DNA of 64,000 nt, taken from positions 1 to 64,000 of the forward strand of contig CAWVVV010000004.1 in assembly GCA_963933835.1 (NCBI GenBank), written 5' to 3'. The notes below the pieces were generated by a model. The model saw nothing but the letters and a program-made list of their open reading frames with translations, searched no databases and was not told the origin of the DNA. Below, one piece after another: positions 40,352 through 50,443 of this stretch; position 1 is the stretch's first letter; each line of letters begins with the position of its first letter. The position numbers and the translations under genes were made by a program. The DNA is from an uncultured Puniceicoccaceae bacterium (GTDB lineage: Bacteria > Verrucomicrobiota > Verrucomicrobiia > Opitutales > Oceanipulchritudinaceae).

Positions 40352-41179
40352 TTAGTCCTGAGCAAGGTCTTCTGCTTGCTCGGCCTTCGCGAGGGCGAGG
40401 CGCTCATCTTCCTCGACCCGAGTGCAGACGATGTCGGTAAAGTTTTCATTCTGCTCTATGCGGAGGTGGCTGAGGCGAGTGAGCTCGAGAATCGCGAGGA
40501 AGTTTGAGATGAGGTGAGACTGACTTCGTGGCGCTTCGTCGGCGTAGAGTTGGGTGAAAGTGAAGCGCTCCTCTGTATTTAAACGCTTCAAAATCAATTC
40601 CATGCACTCGGCAACGGTGATGATTTCGTCATCGATTTCGCCGACGCTGATGCGCTCTGAGAGACGACGGAGAACGGCGTTGAAGGCATTCCAGATTTCG
40701 AGACGATCGCTGCTTTTGAGTGGTCGGGGGCGCTTGAGGCTAGGGTCTTCAGCGACGAGTCGCGGCAAAGCATGACTGGCGGCTTCGATCAGTTCGTCGA
40801 GCTCAAGGGCGGCATCCTTAAACTTGCGGTAGGTGAGGAGCTGTTGGACGAGCTCCCAGCGCGGATCGATCATTTCCTCTTCGGCTCCATCTTCAACCGC
40901 CTCGATTGGGCGTCGTTCCTTCGGGAGGAGTAGACGGCTTTTGATCTGCATTAGGGTCGCCGCCATAACAAAGAATTCACCTGCGACCTCGGGTTTTAGA
41001 TCGTCCATGCTGTGCAAAGCATCGAGATACTGGATAAGCACTTTTTCGATCGGAATGTCGTAAATATCGATCTCATTTCTTCGAATGAGAAAGAGCAAAA
41101 GGTCTAGCGGCCCTTCGAAGGAAGGCAGCTTAACAGCGTGTTCTTTTTGGCGGAGAAAGAGTTCTTCGGTTGCGGCCAT
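40352..41179 (-). CDS. scpA: Segregation and condensation protein A (kleisin)
   Basis: FEGPLDLLLFLIRRNEIDIYDIP, MAATLMQIKSRLLLP, FLAILEL. Confidence 0.96.
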   Translation of the reverse strand: MAATEELFLRQKEHAVKLPSFEGPLDLLLFLIRRNEIDIYDIPIEKVLIQYLDALHSMDDLKPEVAGEFFVMAATLMQIKSRLLLPKERRPIEAVEDGAEEEMIDPRWELVQQLLTYRKFKDAALELDELIEAASHALPRLVAEDPSLKRPRPLKSSDRLEIWNAFNAVLRRLSERISVGEIDDEIITVAECMELILKRLNTEERFTFTQLYADEAPRSQSHLISNFLAILELTRLSHLRIEQNENFTDIVCTRVEEDERLALAKAEQAEDLAQD

Positions 41180-41199
41180 GAATTCAGTTGGAAGGGTGC

Positions 41200-43386
41200 T
41201 TAAAAATCGAGAAGGCGCATTCTAAGTCCAAAGGCGACATCATCTTCGCGCTCTGCTCCTTCTCGGAAAGTGACATAGGATTCGAATTCCCAAGTGCGGC
41301 CTAGGCGGTAGCGTACTCCGTAAGTCTGCTCGGTCAGCTCACTAGTGAGGGCGTCAAACCGGATCGCTGCGATGAGGCTGCGGCGCGTATCGAGATGATA
41401 GACAACTTGCGATTGATACTGGTCGTAGCGGTCGTCAAGGAAATCAACAGCAAAGCCGAGTTCCCACTTTTCGCCGCTCGTGATCTGCATGCGTAGACGC
41501 ATTTCGTTGTCGTCGTTATCCGTGAAGTCGAATCGACGATCTACGCTGAGTTCGAGCCACGAGGCGGGTTTGGCTGTCAGTTCAAAGTAGGCGCTAGAGA
41601 AGGTCCGTTTTTGATCAGCATCGTAGGATGTATCATAAAAAATACCGACGTTGCCGAGTGTGCGACGGGTGCCGTCGTCCTTCCGCGCGATAAATGTATT
41701 ATGAAATCCACTACGCAGAGCATAGGTGTGGTTATCTAGGTTTGGACGGTCGCGACGAGTGATGAGGTCGAAGTCCGTGCGTGTGGCGGTGAAGGTGGGG
41801 AAGATCTCGCTCAGGGCTGAGTCTCCTGTGGCTCGGATATAGCGCCCTTGGATAACGGGCTCCAAGATGTGACGCAGTCCAGTCATGTTCCAAGCTTTGC
41901 TCGAGAGAGCGAAGTCTGCGCTGAGCAAGGCACGGGCATCGAAGCCGATCGCAAGGCGCGTCCCCGATGTATCAACATTTTTACTCGATGGGCCTTCTGT
42001 CTCGAAGGCATAGCCGTGGCCGGTGACCTCTGCGAGGGGAGTTATTTGAAAACCCGTTCCGAACTTGATCGGGTAGCGCAGGGAGTAGTCCACTTCGACA
42101 AGAGTACTCCAACTCGTCGGGCCACTGGTGCGGAGGTCGATCGCTTTGGGCCAGAAGGGGATGAGGGGTTGTGTAACTGGCGAGCTGCCATTTACACGCA
42201 GTCGAAGAAAACGCGCTTTGAAGGCGTGAAGGAGGTCTGTTTTCCCGATCGGGTTGAGCGGCATCTGGAAGATGATCTCTGGCTGGCGTTCCACATTGCG
42301 GAAGAAATCGTTCGGATTGTTCTCAACAATTAAGGAGAGAAAGAGATCGTCACCGATGAGCTGATTGACTTCGAGGAAGGAGTCGGAGTGCGGCCGCTCG
42401 TAATAACGGTCGCTGCGGAAATCTCGTTCGACTTCAGAGTCGCTGAGCTTGCTCGTGCGCAGGACGATTTCGAGGTCATCAATCTTATGCACGAAATCGA
42501 CTTCAGCGTAGTAGCGGTGCTGAGGAATGGCGTCTCCTAGAAGGTCGAGCCCTCGGACGCCGGTATCCAGTAGATTACCGCTTGAATCAAAGGTAGCGCT
42601 CTCGCCTTGGTCGGCAATCCAGCCAGCCGAGATTGAAAGCTCTGTCGTAGCTCCACCGGAGGTGCGATCGAGTTCGATCTTAGGGCCAATGAGGACGCCG
42701 CGACGGGTGTAGAGCCCGAGATTTGCGCCCAAACGAAGGGTGTCACTTGGGAGGAGGACATCACCTTCGATGTATGCGCCAAGACTTGAACGGTAGCCGG
42801 CTGTCCCGCCAGCGTTGTGCGCTCTTGCAGCGAGGGGGCGCTCGAAGCTCGGCAGTGGAATCTTTGGGAGGAACGGGATTTTAAGCCCAACCCCTTTGCC
42901 CGAAATGCTTTCCTCTGGGACGACGGTGGCGTTGTCAATGACGAGAGATGGAGCCCCTTTAGAGGGTTCTAGATAGTAGAGACGGATTTGCTCTAGGGAG
43001 AGCTCGTCGAGGGTTCCGCCGAATGAAAGGCCTTCGATAAACAGTGGAGGGACGCCTGCCCGAAAGGCCTTCGAGCTGAACTGCTCACTTTTGATATTGT
43101 AAGTAATGAACTCCGAAACGACACGCAGGCCGTGCCGCGTAACCCGCACATTGCCGGTGCCGGTGATTTCCGACGATTTCCGGTTGAAGCGAATTTCTTC
43201 GGCCTCGATCACGACATCTTCATGCTCAAAGCGCGCATTGCCGGCCGCGATGAGTTCGCCCGTTCCCAGATCGGCGCTGATCGGGTCGTTGGAGCTGAGC
43301 TGAGGTTGAGGCTGGGCAAAAAGACTGAGGCTCAGGAGCAAGCCCAAGGTGATGAGCCATCGACGCAGTGTGGTAGGGTTGAGCAT
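41200..43386 (-). CDS. lptD: LptD-like outer-membrane LPS assembly protein
   Basis: Signal peptide, N-terminal beta-jellyroll (AEEIRFN..GNVRV), beta-barrel with RHILEP, terminal Phe. Confidence 0.7.
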   Translation of the reverse strand: MLNPTTLRRWLITLGLLLSLSLFAQPQPQLSSNDPISADLGTGELIAAGNARFEHEDVVIEAEEIRFNRKSSEITGTGNVRVTRHGLRVVSEFITYNIKSEQFSSKAFRAGVPPLFIEGLSFGGTLDELSLEQIRLYYLEPSKGAPSLVIDNATVVPEESISGKGVGLKIPFLPKIPLPSFERPLAARAHNAGGTAGYRSSLGAYIEGDVLLPSDTLRLGANLGLYTRRGVLIGPKIELDRTSGGATTELSISAGWIADQGESATFDSSGNLLDTGVRGLDLLGDAIPQHRYYAEVDFVHKIDDLEIVLRTSKLSDSEVERDFRSDRYYERPHSDSFLEVNQLIGDDLFLSLIVENNPNDFFRNVERQPEIIFQMPLNPIGKTDLLHAFKARFLRLRVNGSSPVTQPLIPFWPKAIDLRTSGPTSWSTLVEVDYSLRYPIKFGTGFQITPLAEVTGHGYAFETEGPSSKNVDTSGTRLAIGFDARALLSADFALSSKAWNMTGLRHILEPVIQGRYIRATGDSALSEIFPTFTATRTDFDLITRRDRPNLDNHTYALRSGFHNTFIARKDDGTRRTLGNVGIFYDTSYDADQKRTFSSAYFELTAKPASWLELSVDRRFDFTDNDDNEMRLRMQITSGEKWELGFAVDFLDDRYDQYQSQVVYHLDTRRSLIAAIRFDALTSELTEQTYGVRYRLGRTWEFESYVTFREGAEREDDVAFGLRMRLLDF

Positions 43387-43530
43387 GGATTAGGTCACTT
43401 ATGCCTCTGCGCCAGTGGGACGCTCAAGAGCAATCTTGTTGGAGAGAGCCTTCGTCTGGGTGGCGGCTTGATCGAGAGAGGATTCTTCGAGATCACTTGG
43501 CAGTCAAATATAGACCTCTTGCGAAGTCAC

Positions 43531-44598
43531 TCACTCTTCCAGAATTCCTCGATAGACGGCATTCAAGGCGCTGGCTTCGCGTGCGGCGGTGTATTCGGCC
43601 ATCACCTTTGTGTGTGCATTAGATCCTATTTGCGCAAGAGCCTCAGGTCCTTTGTCGAGGGCAGTCCGGATGGCAGTAGCCATGGTGGATGAGTCCTCAC
43701 AAGGAATGAGGAATCCGTCCACCCCTTCCTCGATGATCATTTCCCAAGCACCTGCTCGTGTTGCCACGACGGGAACGCCGCTGGACATCGCTTCCAGGCA
43801 GGTAAGACCAAAGCCCTCGTTGTGGGAGGCGCATACGGCGAGCGACATGCGGCTGAACCAGGTGGGGATTTCCTCGAATGGTAACTTGCCTAGCCAGCAA
43901 AAGCGCGACTCCAGCCCACGGAGCCGGACCAGTTCCTTAAGCTCTGCCACGAATGATCGATACTTGGGCGTGGTATGGCCGATGATGACGGCCGTGTGGT
44001 CCGGGTAATCTGGCAATACCTGGATCAAAGCCTCGACGAATTCGCGCAAGCCCTTTTGCGGGCGCACTCGGCCGAAGATTCCGATGCCGTATTTTCCGGG
44101 CAAGCCGCCTTCCTTCCATTCGCTGGCTCGATCGGGCGCTGGCTGGTAGGCCTCCGTATCAATCCCATGCGGAATAATCGCATCCGGCTTGCGAAGCAGG
44201 AATGAGGCTGCTCTTGGGGAGGTGGATAGAAGTGAATCCATCTTTCGGTAAAGGAATCGGGTCCAGCGGCTGTGTTTTCGTTGCGCGGTTGAAGTGAAGA
44301 TCAAGTGCAGGCGGCAGCGAAAAACCCACTTCAGGATCAATCCGGCCAGCATTTCGTTATTTCGTCGGGCATGAAATATCCGATCCTTCCCATTTGGGAG
44401 GGCGTTTTGGCACAGGCGAATGACCTGCCCCCAGGAAAGGTGGGGTAGATCGCCGGGCAATGGATGCCCGCAGGTGGCGATGCCCAATTTCTCAGCCTGC
44501 CGGGGGATGACCTGGACCACCGTCGAGGTGATGCCAGAAAACCGGCGGTTCATATTGGGGATGATAACCTGAGTATCGGACGTGTGTTGCGCTCTCAA
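43531..44598 (-). CDS. GT4 glycosyltransferase, LpsB/LpcC-like LPS core enzyme
   Basis: RRFSGITST, HARRNNEM, FTSTAQRKHS, FGRVRPQKG, EGFGLTCLEAM. Confidence 0.85.
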   Translation of the reverse strand: MRAQHTSDTQVIIPNMNRRFSGITSTVVQVIPRQAEKLGIATCGHPLPGDLPHLSWGQVIRLCQNALPNGKDRIFHARRNNEMLAGLILKWVFRCRLHLIFTSTAQRKHSRWTRFLYRKMDSLLSTSPRAASFLLRKPDAIIPHGIDTEAYQPAPDRASEWKEGGLPGKYGIGIFGRVRPQKGLREFVEALIQVLPDYPDHTAVIIGHTTPKYRSFVAELKELVRLRGLESRFCWLGKLPFEEIPTWFSRMSLAVCASHNEGFGLTCLEAMSSGVPVVATRAGAWEMIIEEGVDGFLIPCEDSSTMATAIRTALDKGPEALAQIGSNAHTKVMAEYTAAREASALNAVYRGILEE

Positions 44599-44710
44599 AC
44601 TGGTGTCTCACCGTGTGAAAGGAGTGGTCGTTAGCAAATGCTTTCTCCCAATCTTCGCTTTTGTTGGGCCTATCGCATCTCAGGGTGCCTAGGGATTTCC
44701 CCAGGTTCTA

Positions 44711-45838
44711 TCAGACGCGCTCCGAAGAGGAACCGAGATCTAGGATAGATCGATAAACAGCCTCTGTCTTATGGGCCATTGTTTCGGTGTTGAATCGATC
44801 AAGTTGCGCGTAGGCGTTTTCGGTCAGTCGTTGGTCCAAGCCTGGGTCATCCAAGATTTGTGTGATGTGCTCCGAAAGCGCTTTTGCATCGCCGATCGGA
44901 GCAAGCATTCCAGTGCTCTTATGGGTGATTAATTCAGGGATGCCGCCTGCATAGGTTGATACAATTGGGACGCGGCAGGCCATGGCATCGATAAGGCTTG
45001 ATCCCAGCCCTTCTGTTTTGGAGGGCATAAGAAATATATCCAGTTCCGGTAGAATGTCCGGAATGTCGGTTCGGTAACCCGTCAGGAAAACACTCTGAGC
45101 CAGGTTTTCGGTTTGTATACGCTCCTCTATGTGGGCGCGTTTTTCTCCTTCGCCGATAATTACGAATACGATGTCTGATCGGGATTTAGTCAGATGCGCT
45201 GCGATATCGAGAAAGGTGTCGTAGTCTTTTTCGTCGGAGATGGCGGATGTATTTCCGATGATTCGTATAGGTGCCGGGATCCCCAGTTCCTGATGGAGTT
45301 TTCCGGTGGCTTGTTTGCCGGAGAATCGATTCGTATCCACTCCATCGTGGATGACGGATAGTTTTTGGAGGTCTTGTATCGAGGGCGCTAGTACGTCACG
45401 TATCGCATTAGATACACATATAATCTTATTTATGTAGGGGCTGTTGTATTTAGAACGAGAAATGAAGTTATCTTTGATTGGAAAATCAACCCGTCGACTA
45501 AGGACTAATGGAATCCTTAATCTCAGAAACTTGCAGGCAAGTAGTGCTGCAGAGTGTGCATGTGAATCATGTAGGTGTATGATGTCGGCGGACAGTTCTT
45601 GGGCCACTGATTTTAGGCTGCGTGCATAGGATAAGCGTAGGCCAGATGCCTTTTGAGCGGTGGCGTACGGTATTTCAAGTTCCTGGCAGTGATGCTCCAT
45701 CTTGGAGCTTATAGGGCAGAGGATCTTTTGTGGATGCCCCTTGGCTAGTAGAGCGCTCGCTAAGTAGGCGATCTGTTGCTCTCCCCCTCGCCAGCTGAGC
45801 GGCGTGGATGCATGTAATATCCTGATTTTTGAATTCAT
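44711..45838 (-). CDS. GT4 glycosyltransferase
   Basis: WRGGEQQ, SRRVDFP, EGLGSSLIDAM, GGIPE. Confidence 0.9.
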   Translation of the reverse strand: MNSKIRILHASTPLSWRGGEQQIAYLASALLAKGHPQKILCPISSKMEHHCQELEIPYATAQKASGLRLSYARSLKSVAQELSADIIHLHDSHAHSAALLACKFLRLRIPLVLSRRVDFPIKDNFISRSKYNSPYINKIICVSNAIRDVLAPSIQDLQKLSVIHDGVDTNRFSGKQATGKLHQELGIPAPIRIIGNTSAISDEKDYDTFLDIAAHLTKSRSDIVFVIIGEGEKRAHIEERIQTENLAQSVFLTGYRTDIPDILPELDIFLMPSKTEGLGSSLIDAMACRVPIVSTYAGGIPELITHKSTGMLAPIGDAKALSEHITQILDDPGLDQRLTENAYAQLDRFNTETMAHKTEAVYRSILDLGSSSERV

Positions 45839-45901
45839 GGGAGACTTAGGACATCGCGAAGTTTTTTCTCATCGTTGAAGGTCACGCTACATGCAGAGAG
45901 C

Positions 45902-46873
45902 TTAAATTTCATTTGAGCGCGGTGACGCATGGTTCATCAGTTGATCGATCACTTCAGGCAAGTGAGTTCTGAACGTGGAATTGTTGGACTCAAACCACGC
46001 TCGAGAAGCTTTTCCAATTGTTTGTTTTGCTTCGGTTGGAAGCCCGATGATTTCTTCGATGCTCGCTTCGAGCTGATCTTCGCTGACGTGAAAGTTTGTG
46101 CCGAGGTGTCGCGCTTCGCTGGAGTCATAAGGAACGGTGTATCCTCGCCCGTGGATAACCAGTTCGTTCATCGGTGGCGCGTCTGTCGTGAGGGTCAGAG
46201 CGCTGCAGCTCATTGCTTCGACGATATAGTGCCCCCATCCCTCCGAGAGGGAAGGGCAGAGATGGACGCCGTGTTCGTTGAGCAGCTGTTGTAGTTGTTC
46301 ATTCGATACGTAGTCGGCGATGTGGTTTACGTTTTTCGGTATGTTTTTCGGAGCGTTCTCCCTGCATTGCAAGAGAGTGAGGGTTGGCCATTCTGGATGC
46401 CTCTTCCAGACTGAGAGGAGGGCGTCGGTGCCCTTCAGTGTGCTGCGGCCTGCAAGGTGGAAGAATTTTTCGTAGTTTGCCGCGATATCGGGAAGGGATC
46501 TGTCAGTGGAGGTGAATCCGATATAATTTGATTTCTGAAACGCATTGAAGATCGATTCAGCGTGTCGGCTTTTGCAGAGGACATGCTCGATTTTTTTCAG
46601 CCGAGCAATGTGGCGCTTTGGGTAGCGTTCTTGATTGGGAATCAGCATGTTGATTCTGGCGGAGCCGAACCAGCGGGGAAAGATGCGTTCTAGAAAGATA
46701 TTGGCATCAAAGCGGGGCTTAGAGATCAGCCATCGGTCAAAGGGATTGATTTCACGGCAATGGCTCACCGTCACGTCATGCCCAGCGCATGACAGCACAT
46801 CCCGGAGAATGTCGACGTCCTGATCGAGACCCACTCCGTTTGTCCGCGCGATGATGTTGATGTGGTAGCTAAT
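45902..46873 (-). CDS. GT-B glycosyltransferase (Glycos_transf_1-like)
   Basis: LIPNQE, FFHLAGRSTLKGT, EGWGHYIVEAM, DAPPMNEL; frame stays open upstream of GTG 46834 through ISYHINIIARTNG (start uncertain). Confidence 0.8.
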   Translation of the reverse strand: MSYHINIIARTNGVGLDQDVDILRDVLSCAGHDVTVSHCREINPFDRWLISKPRFDANIFLERIFPRWFGSARINMLIPNQERYPKRHIARLKKIEHVLCKSRHAESIFNAFQKSNYIGFTSTDRSLPDIAANYEKFFHLAGRSTLKGTDALLSVWKRHPEWPTLTLLQCRENAPKNIPKNVNHIADYVSNEQLQQLLNEHGVHLCPSLSEGWGHYIVEAMSCSALTLTTDAPPMNELVIHGRGYTVPYDSSEARHLGTNFHVSEDQLEASIEEIIGLPTEAKQTIGKASRAWFESNNSTFRTHLPEVIDQLMNHASPRSNEI

Positions 46874-47242
46874 AGCAGTGGAAGTAGGGGTGAAGGCACT
46901 GTCTTGAGTCTGTTTCCAAGTGATCTTAAGAATGCATATGATATAGAGGTGATCGAAGAGATAGCGTTAAAGACAATTCTGGTGGTTCTTTCTAGGGCTC
47001 CCTGCTTTCCAGGGTTAGACCCCTCGTGATGGGCCGTTCTCTACTTCCAATCAAGCGGCTGGGAATGGGGTATTGTGGGAGGATGATTCAATTTGGCTTG
47101 TGATCGACTCTAAGAGCTGCCCTTGGTTAGGGTATTCTAAACAATCACTTTGATTTCAAAGACTGCTTCCAGTTTAGAAAATATTTCGACCCCGCCTTGA
47201 ATTCTCAGTTTACGCAAAGAGAAGAACGCTTGATCTTTTAGG

Positions 47243-48067
47243 ATGACGACACGTCGCGAACTTTTGGATACATTTGAGGCTGACTATAAGACGCCTGCTC
47301 TATGTCGCACGATCGGCTCAAGGATCTTCCCGACGATGGCATTTTATGCACGGGTATGGGGTGTTGTCCTTCGAGAGTCGGAGCGGGCGAGGGGAGGCCA
47401 TTTTGGACATCCGGCATGGCGGGATGCGGCCCATGCGGTTTCACGGGCATTTGAGCTCGGAGGTGTGCCGATCTGCTTTGAAAACCTAGATGTGCTCGGG
47501 CGATTTGATGAGCCTTGCGTGATTATCGGTAACCACATGAGCACGGCGGAGACGTTTATTTTGACCCGTTGGTTACTTCGGTATCGCCCTGTCACCTATG
47601 TCGTAAAGCAGGGGTTGGTCGAGTATCCGGTTTTTAAGCACATTATGCGGGCCTGTAATCCGATTGTCGTCGGGCGGAAAGATCCACGCCAGGATCTCAG
47701 AACAGTGATGGGCGAGGGCATGGAGCACCTAAAAAAGGGCACCTCCGTGATCATCTTTCCCCAGAAGACACGCGCATCGGAGTTTATCCCTGAAGAATTC
47801 AACTCCATCGGTGTCAAACTAGCCAATCGCGCCGGCGTCCCCGTTCTTCCGCTCGCGCTCAAGACCGATGCTTGGAGCAACGGTAAACGCCTGAAAGAAT
47901 TTGGTCCGTTCTATAATGACCGCCCAGTTCACCTCGCCCTCGGCGAGCCGATGCCCGTAACCGGCAACGGCAAAGAGCAGAACGACGCCATTGTCAGCTT
48001 CATCCAAGAGAAGTTAGCCAGCTGGGAAAAATGGGATGCGCAGTGGAAAGAAGCGCGGGGAGTCTAG
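47243..48067 (+). CDS. 1-acyl-sn-glycerol-3-phosphate acyltransferase family (PlsC-like)
   Basis: GNHMSTAE (HX4E variant), YVVK, IIFPQKTR, AGVPVLPLA. Confidence 0.85.
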   Translation: MTTRRELLDTFEADYKTPALCRTIGSRIFPTMAFYARVWGVVLRESERARGGHFGHPAWRDAAHAVSRAFELGGVPICFENLDVLGRFDEPCVIIGNHMSTAETFILTRWLLRYRPVTYVVKQGLVEYPVFKHIMRACNPIVVGRKDPRQDLRTVMGEGMEHLKKGTSVIIFPQKTRASEFIPEEFNSIGVKLANRAGVPVLPLALKTDAWSNGKRLKEFGPFYNDRPVHLALGEPMPVTGNGKEQNDAIVSFIQEKLASWEKWDAQWKEARGV

Positions 48068-48125
48068 GACGTTTTGAAGCAATTTTGAGAGACGGAGAAT
48101 CCTGAAGGGTATTTTCAAACTATCG

Positions 48126-48174
48126 ATATTTATTTTAAACGTTTGACCCCTTTCCTTCTCCCTTTCCTTCCTTC
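48126..48174 (-). repeat. Inverted copy of the GGGGTCAAACGTTTAAA motif with a pyrimidine-rich tail
   Basis: Reverse complement GGGGTCAAACGTTTAAAATAAATAT matches 7251-7275 at 24/25; flanked by CCCTTTCCTTC twice. Confidence 0.85.
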
Positions 48175-48244
48175 GTAATGTTTAAGATTACGTATCGTTG
48201 CCAACGGTTTGGTTGAACGAAGATTACGAGTCGAACAGGGCGGG

Positions 48245-48321
48245 TGGAGGGTCCGGCTCCTGTCGGACCGCAAGGCGGTTACCCTGAGTCACAGGCGAAC
48301 GGGCGGGAGCCCATCCCTCCA
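48245..48321. repeat. Inverted REP doublet (REPIN-like, GGAG-type)
   Basis: TGGAGGGTCCGGCTCCTGTCGGACC and, inverted, TGGAGGGATGGGCTCCCGCCCGTTC; each is a GGAG tetranucleotide plus imperfect hairpin; between convergent genes. Confidence 0.7.
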
Positions 48322-48392
48322 AAACGCGGTATTAGCAAGTTCAGTCTCCGCAACGAAGGGTGTGAGGGACCCGCTTCCGCGGATTGTGGGGA

Positions 48393-49232
48393 CTACTTTT
48401 CCTTCGCTCGCTCGATTTGGCGGACGAAAACGGTCGGGCTCCACATTGAACCGGGGAGGCGGTAGATGATTTTGCCGGTCGGGTCGACGAGGGCGGTCGA
48501 CATGGTGTGTTTGACGATGAGCTTCTCATCTTCTTCGGCGAGGATGCCCATTTGCTTCTTCAAGGCTTGAACGACTTCCTTAGGGCCCCCGAGGAGGGAG
48601 TGGATCGAGGTGTCGATGCCACGCGACTCAGCATAACTCGTCCAAATCCCGGGCGTATCGTAGGCTGGGTCGAGGGTGACGGAGACCAGTTTAACGTCGT
48701 CCCAGCCGCGTGTTTTGATCGTCTCGCTGAGTTGAAGCATGCGCTGCGTCGAGGCAGGGCACATATTTGGCATCGTGCAGCGGGTGAAAACAAAGTTCAA
48801 AACGTAGTATTGGCCACGGAGGGATTCGCTTTCGAAGAGCTCTCCATTTTCTTTCCAGAGGGCAAAGCGGGGCACGCGGTCGCCGACCGAGCGGAAGACC
48901 TTCCGCCCGAGGCGATGATTTTCGCTGATGAGCTGGCGGCCGAGAACGTCGAGCTTCGCGAGCGCAATGGGGTTGTTGGGGAAAATCTTTTCGAGCCGAT
49001 AGCTCTCACCTTGGCGAACGAGCTCTCCGCGGACTTCGCGGCCAGGCTGCGCGATCGCGATGTCGCCGGGTCCTGCTGAAACGGTTTTGAGGGGGCCGTT
49101 GCCTTTGAGCTCAATTTCGAGCTGAAATTGTTCCGAATCGACCCCTTTGATCGTGGCCTCGATCGGTTTGCCGCTGAGAAAAAGTGGGACGAAGAGCGCT
49201 AGAATTCCACAGAGCGGAATGCCTAAGCGCAT
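48393..49232 (-). CDS. SCO-family copper chaperone with extra N-terminal domain
   Basis: NFVFTRCTMPNMCP (Cx5C), VTLDPAYDTP, KHTM..LVDPTG; divergent from the oxidase operon. Confidence 0.88.
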   Translation of the reverse strand: MRLGIPLCGILALFVPLFLSGKPIEATIKGVDSEQFQLEIELKGNGPLKTVSAGPGDIAIAQPGREVRGELVRQGESYRLEKIFPNNPIALAKLDVLGRQLISENHRLGRKVFRSVGDRVPRFALWKENGELFESESLRGQYYVLNFVFTRCTMPNMCPASTQRMLQLSETIKTRGWDDVKLVSVTLDPAYDTPGIWTSYAESRGIDTSIHSLLGGPKEVVQALKKQMGILAEEDEKLIVKHTMSTALVDPTGKIIYRLPGSMWSPTVFVRQIERAKEK

Positions 49233-49399
49233 TGAAAGCGAGCGACTTAGCTTATTCGTATAAGCTGTTCTTATTGGTTTATCTAATGTCATAATCTGGC
49301 CTGCTAATGGGTGCTTCTGCCCTCTAGAAAGTTGTCATATAAGAGGCCATTCCGAACCGTATTTATTCCGCGTCAAGTCCTCGCGGAGCTATTTTGCTC

Positions 49400-50425
49400 A
49401 TGTTCGTTCGGTTTTGTAAAAGAGACTCTACTCACCAGTCTATAATGGCGAGTTATGCATTCCTCGTTTTTGCGGCTTCACTCGTTGTCGTCTACGCGGG
49501 TGGTTTTACGACGACGATTGGTGCCGGCATGGTCTTCCTCGACTGGCCTTTGTCAAATGGCTCACTCAATCCGCCGGGCTGGGTATCCGACGAAGGTATG
49601 CTTGCTGAGCACAGCCACCGCCTGACCGGTATGGTTACTGGACTTCTTACAATTGGTCTCGTTATCGGGATGTATCTTTTCGAGAGCCGCGCTTGGCTCC
49701 GACGCTTGAGTTATATTTGCCTTGGGCTCGTCGTAGCTCAGGGCCTTTTAGGCGGGATGCGGGTGCTCCTCGACAGCACGCCACTGGCAAATATCCACGG
49801 TGTGTTCGCCCAGCTCTACGTTTGTTCGCTGGCGGCGGTCGTCGTCGGCACATCGGGTTGGTGGCGTGAATTGCCGGTTGATCTGCCTGCGAAGGAGGGT
49901 GCCTCTTGGACGTTTGAACGCCGCTTGGGAGTCGCGCTGACGCTTCTTATTGTCGCTCAACTGGTGGTCGGCTCGATCATGCGGCATCAGGGCGCTGGAA
50001 TGGCGATTCCCTATTTCCCTCACAGTACTTCGTCGGGCGCATGGTTGCCGGCAGCATGGAACTGGGGCGTTATAGTTCACTTTTTGCACCGCGTCGGGGC
50101 GCTCCTGATCACAGGAGCCTTTGTGTTCTGGTCTTGGAGAGTCTGGACCTCGAAGACCGCCACGACTGCGATGAAGCGGATGACCTTTCTCGCCACTTTT
50201 TTCCTGATTCTTCAAATTTTATTGGGGGCAAATATCATCTGGTCCATCCGTCAGCCGTTTGAAACGACGATGCATGTGCTTAATGGGGTTCTTTTTCTTT
50301 GCTCTGTGTGGTCGGTGGTGTTCGCTTATTTCCGACCGCTCTTAGAAGGATCCGAACGGTCGGCGGCGCGTGTCCCGAATAAGGACGGTGTTAACGACAA
50401 TTCCAGCGTCGCCCAAGGGGCTTAG
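49400..50425 (+). CDS. ctaA: Heme A synthase (COX15/CtaA)
   Basis: DWP, EHSHR, QGLLGG, IHG, HFLHR, MHV; 8 hydrophobic segments; start uncertain. Confidence 0.88.
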   Translation: MFVRFCKRDSTHQSIMASYAFLVFAASLVVVYAGGFTTTIGAGMVFLDWPLSNGSLNPPGWVSDEGMLAEHSHRLTGMVTGLLTIGLVIGMYLFESRAWLRRLSYICLGLVVAQGLLGGMRVLLDSTPLANIHGVFAQLYVCSLAAVVVGTSGWWRELPVDLPAKEGASWTFERRLGVALTLLIVAQLVVGSIMRHQGAGMAIPYFPHSTSSGAWLPAAWNWGVIVHFLHRVGALLITGAFVFWSWRVWTSKTATTAMKRMTFLATFFLILQILLGANIIWSIRQPFETTMHVLNGVLFLCSVWSVVFAYFRPLLEGSERSAARVPNKDGVNDNSSVAQGA

Positions 50426-50443
50426 TCTTTTACTGCTTTTGTT

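Noticed and set aside
49284..49302. Pho-box-like TGTCATAATCTGGC upstream of ctaA/sco
   Set aside because: Second half-site is poor and spacing is 10 rather than 11 nt
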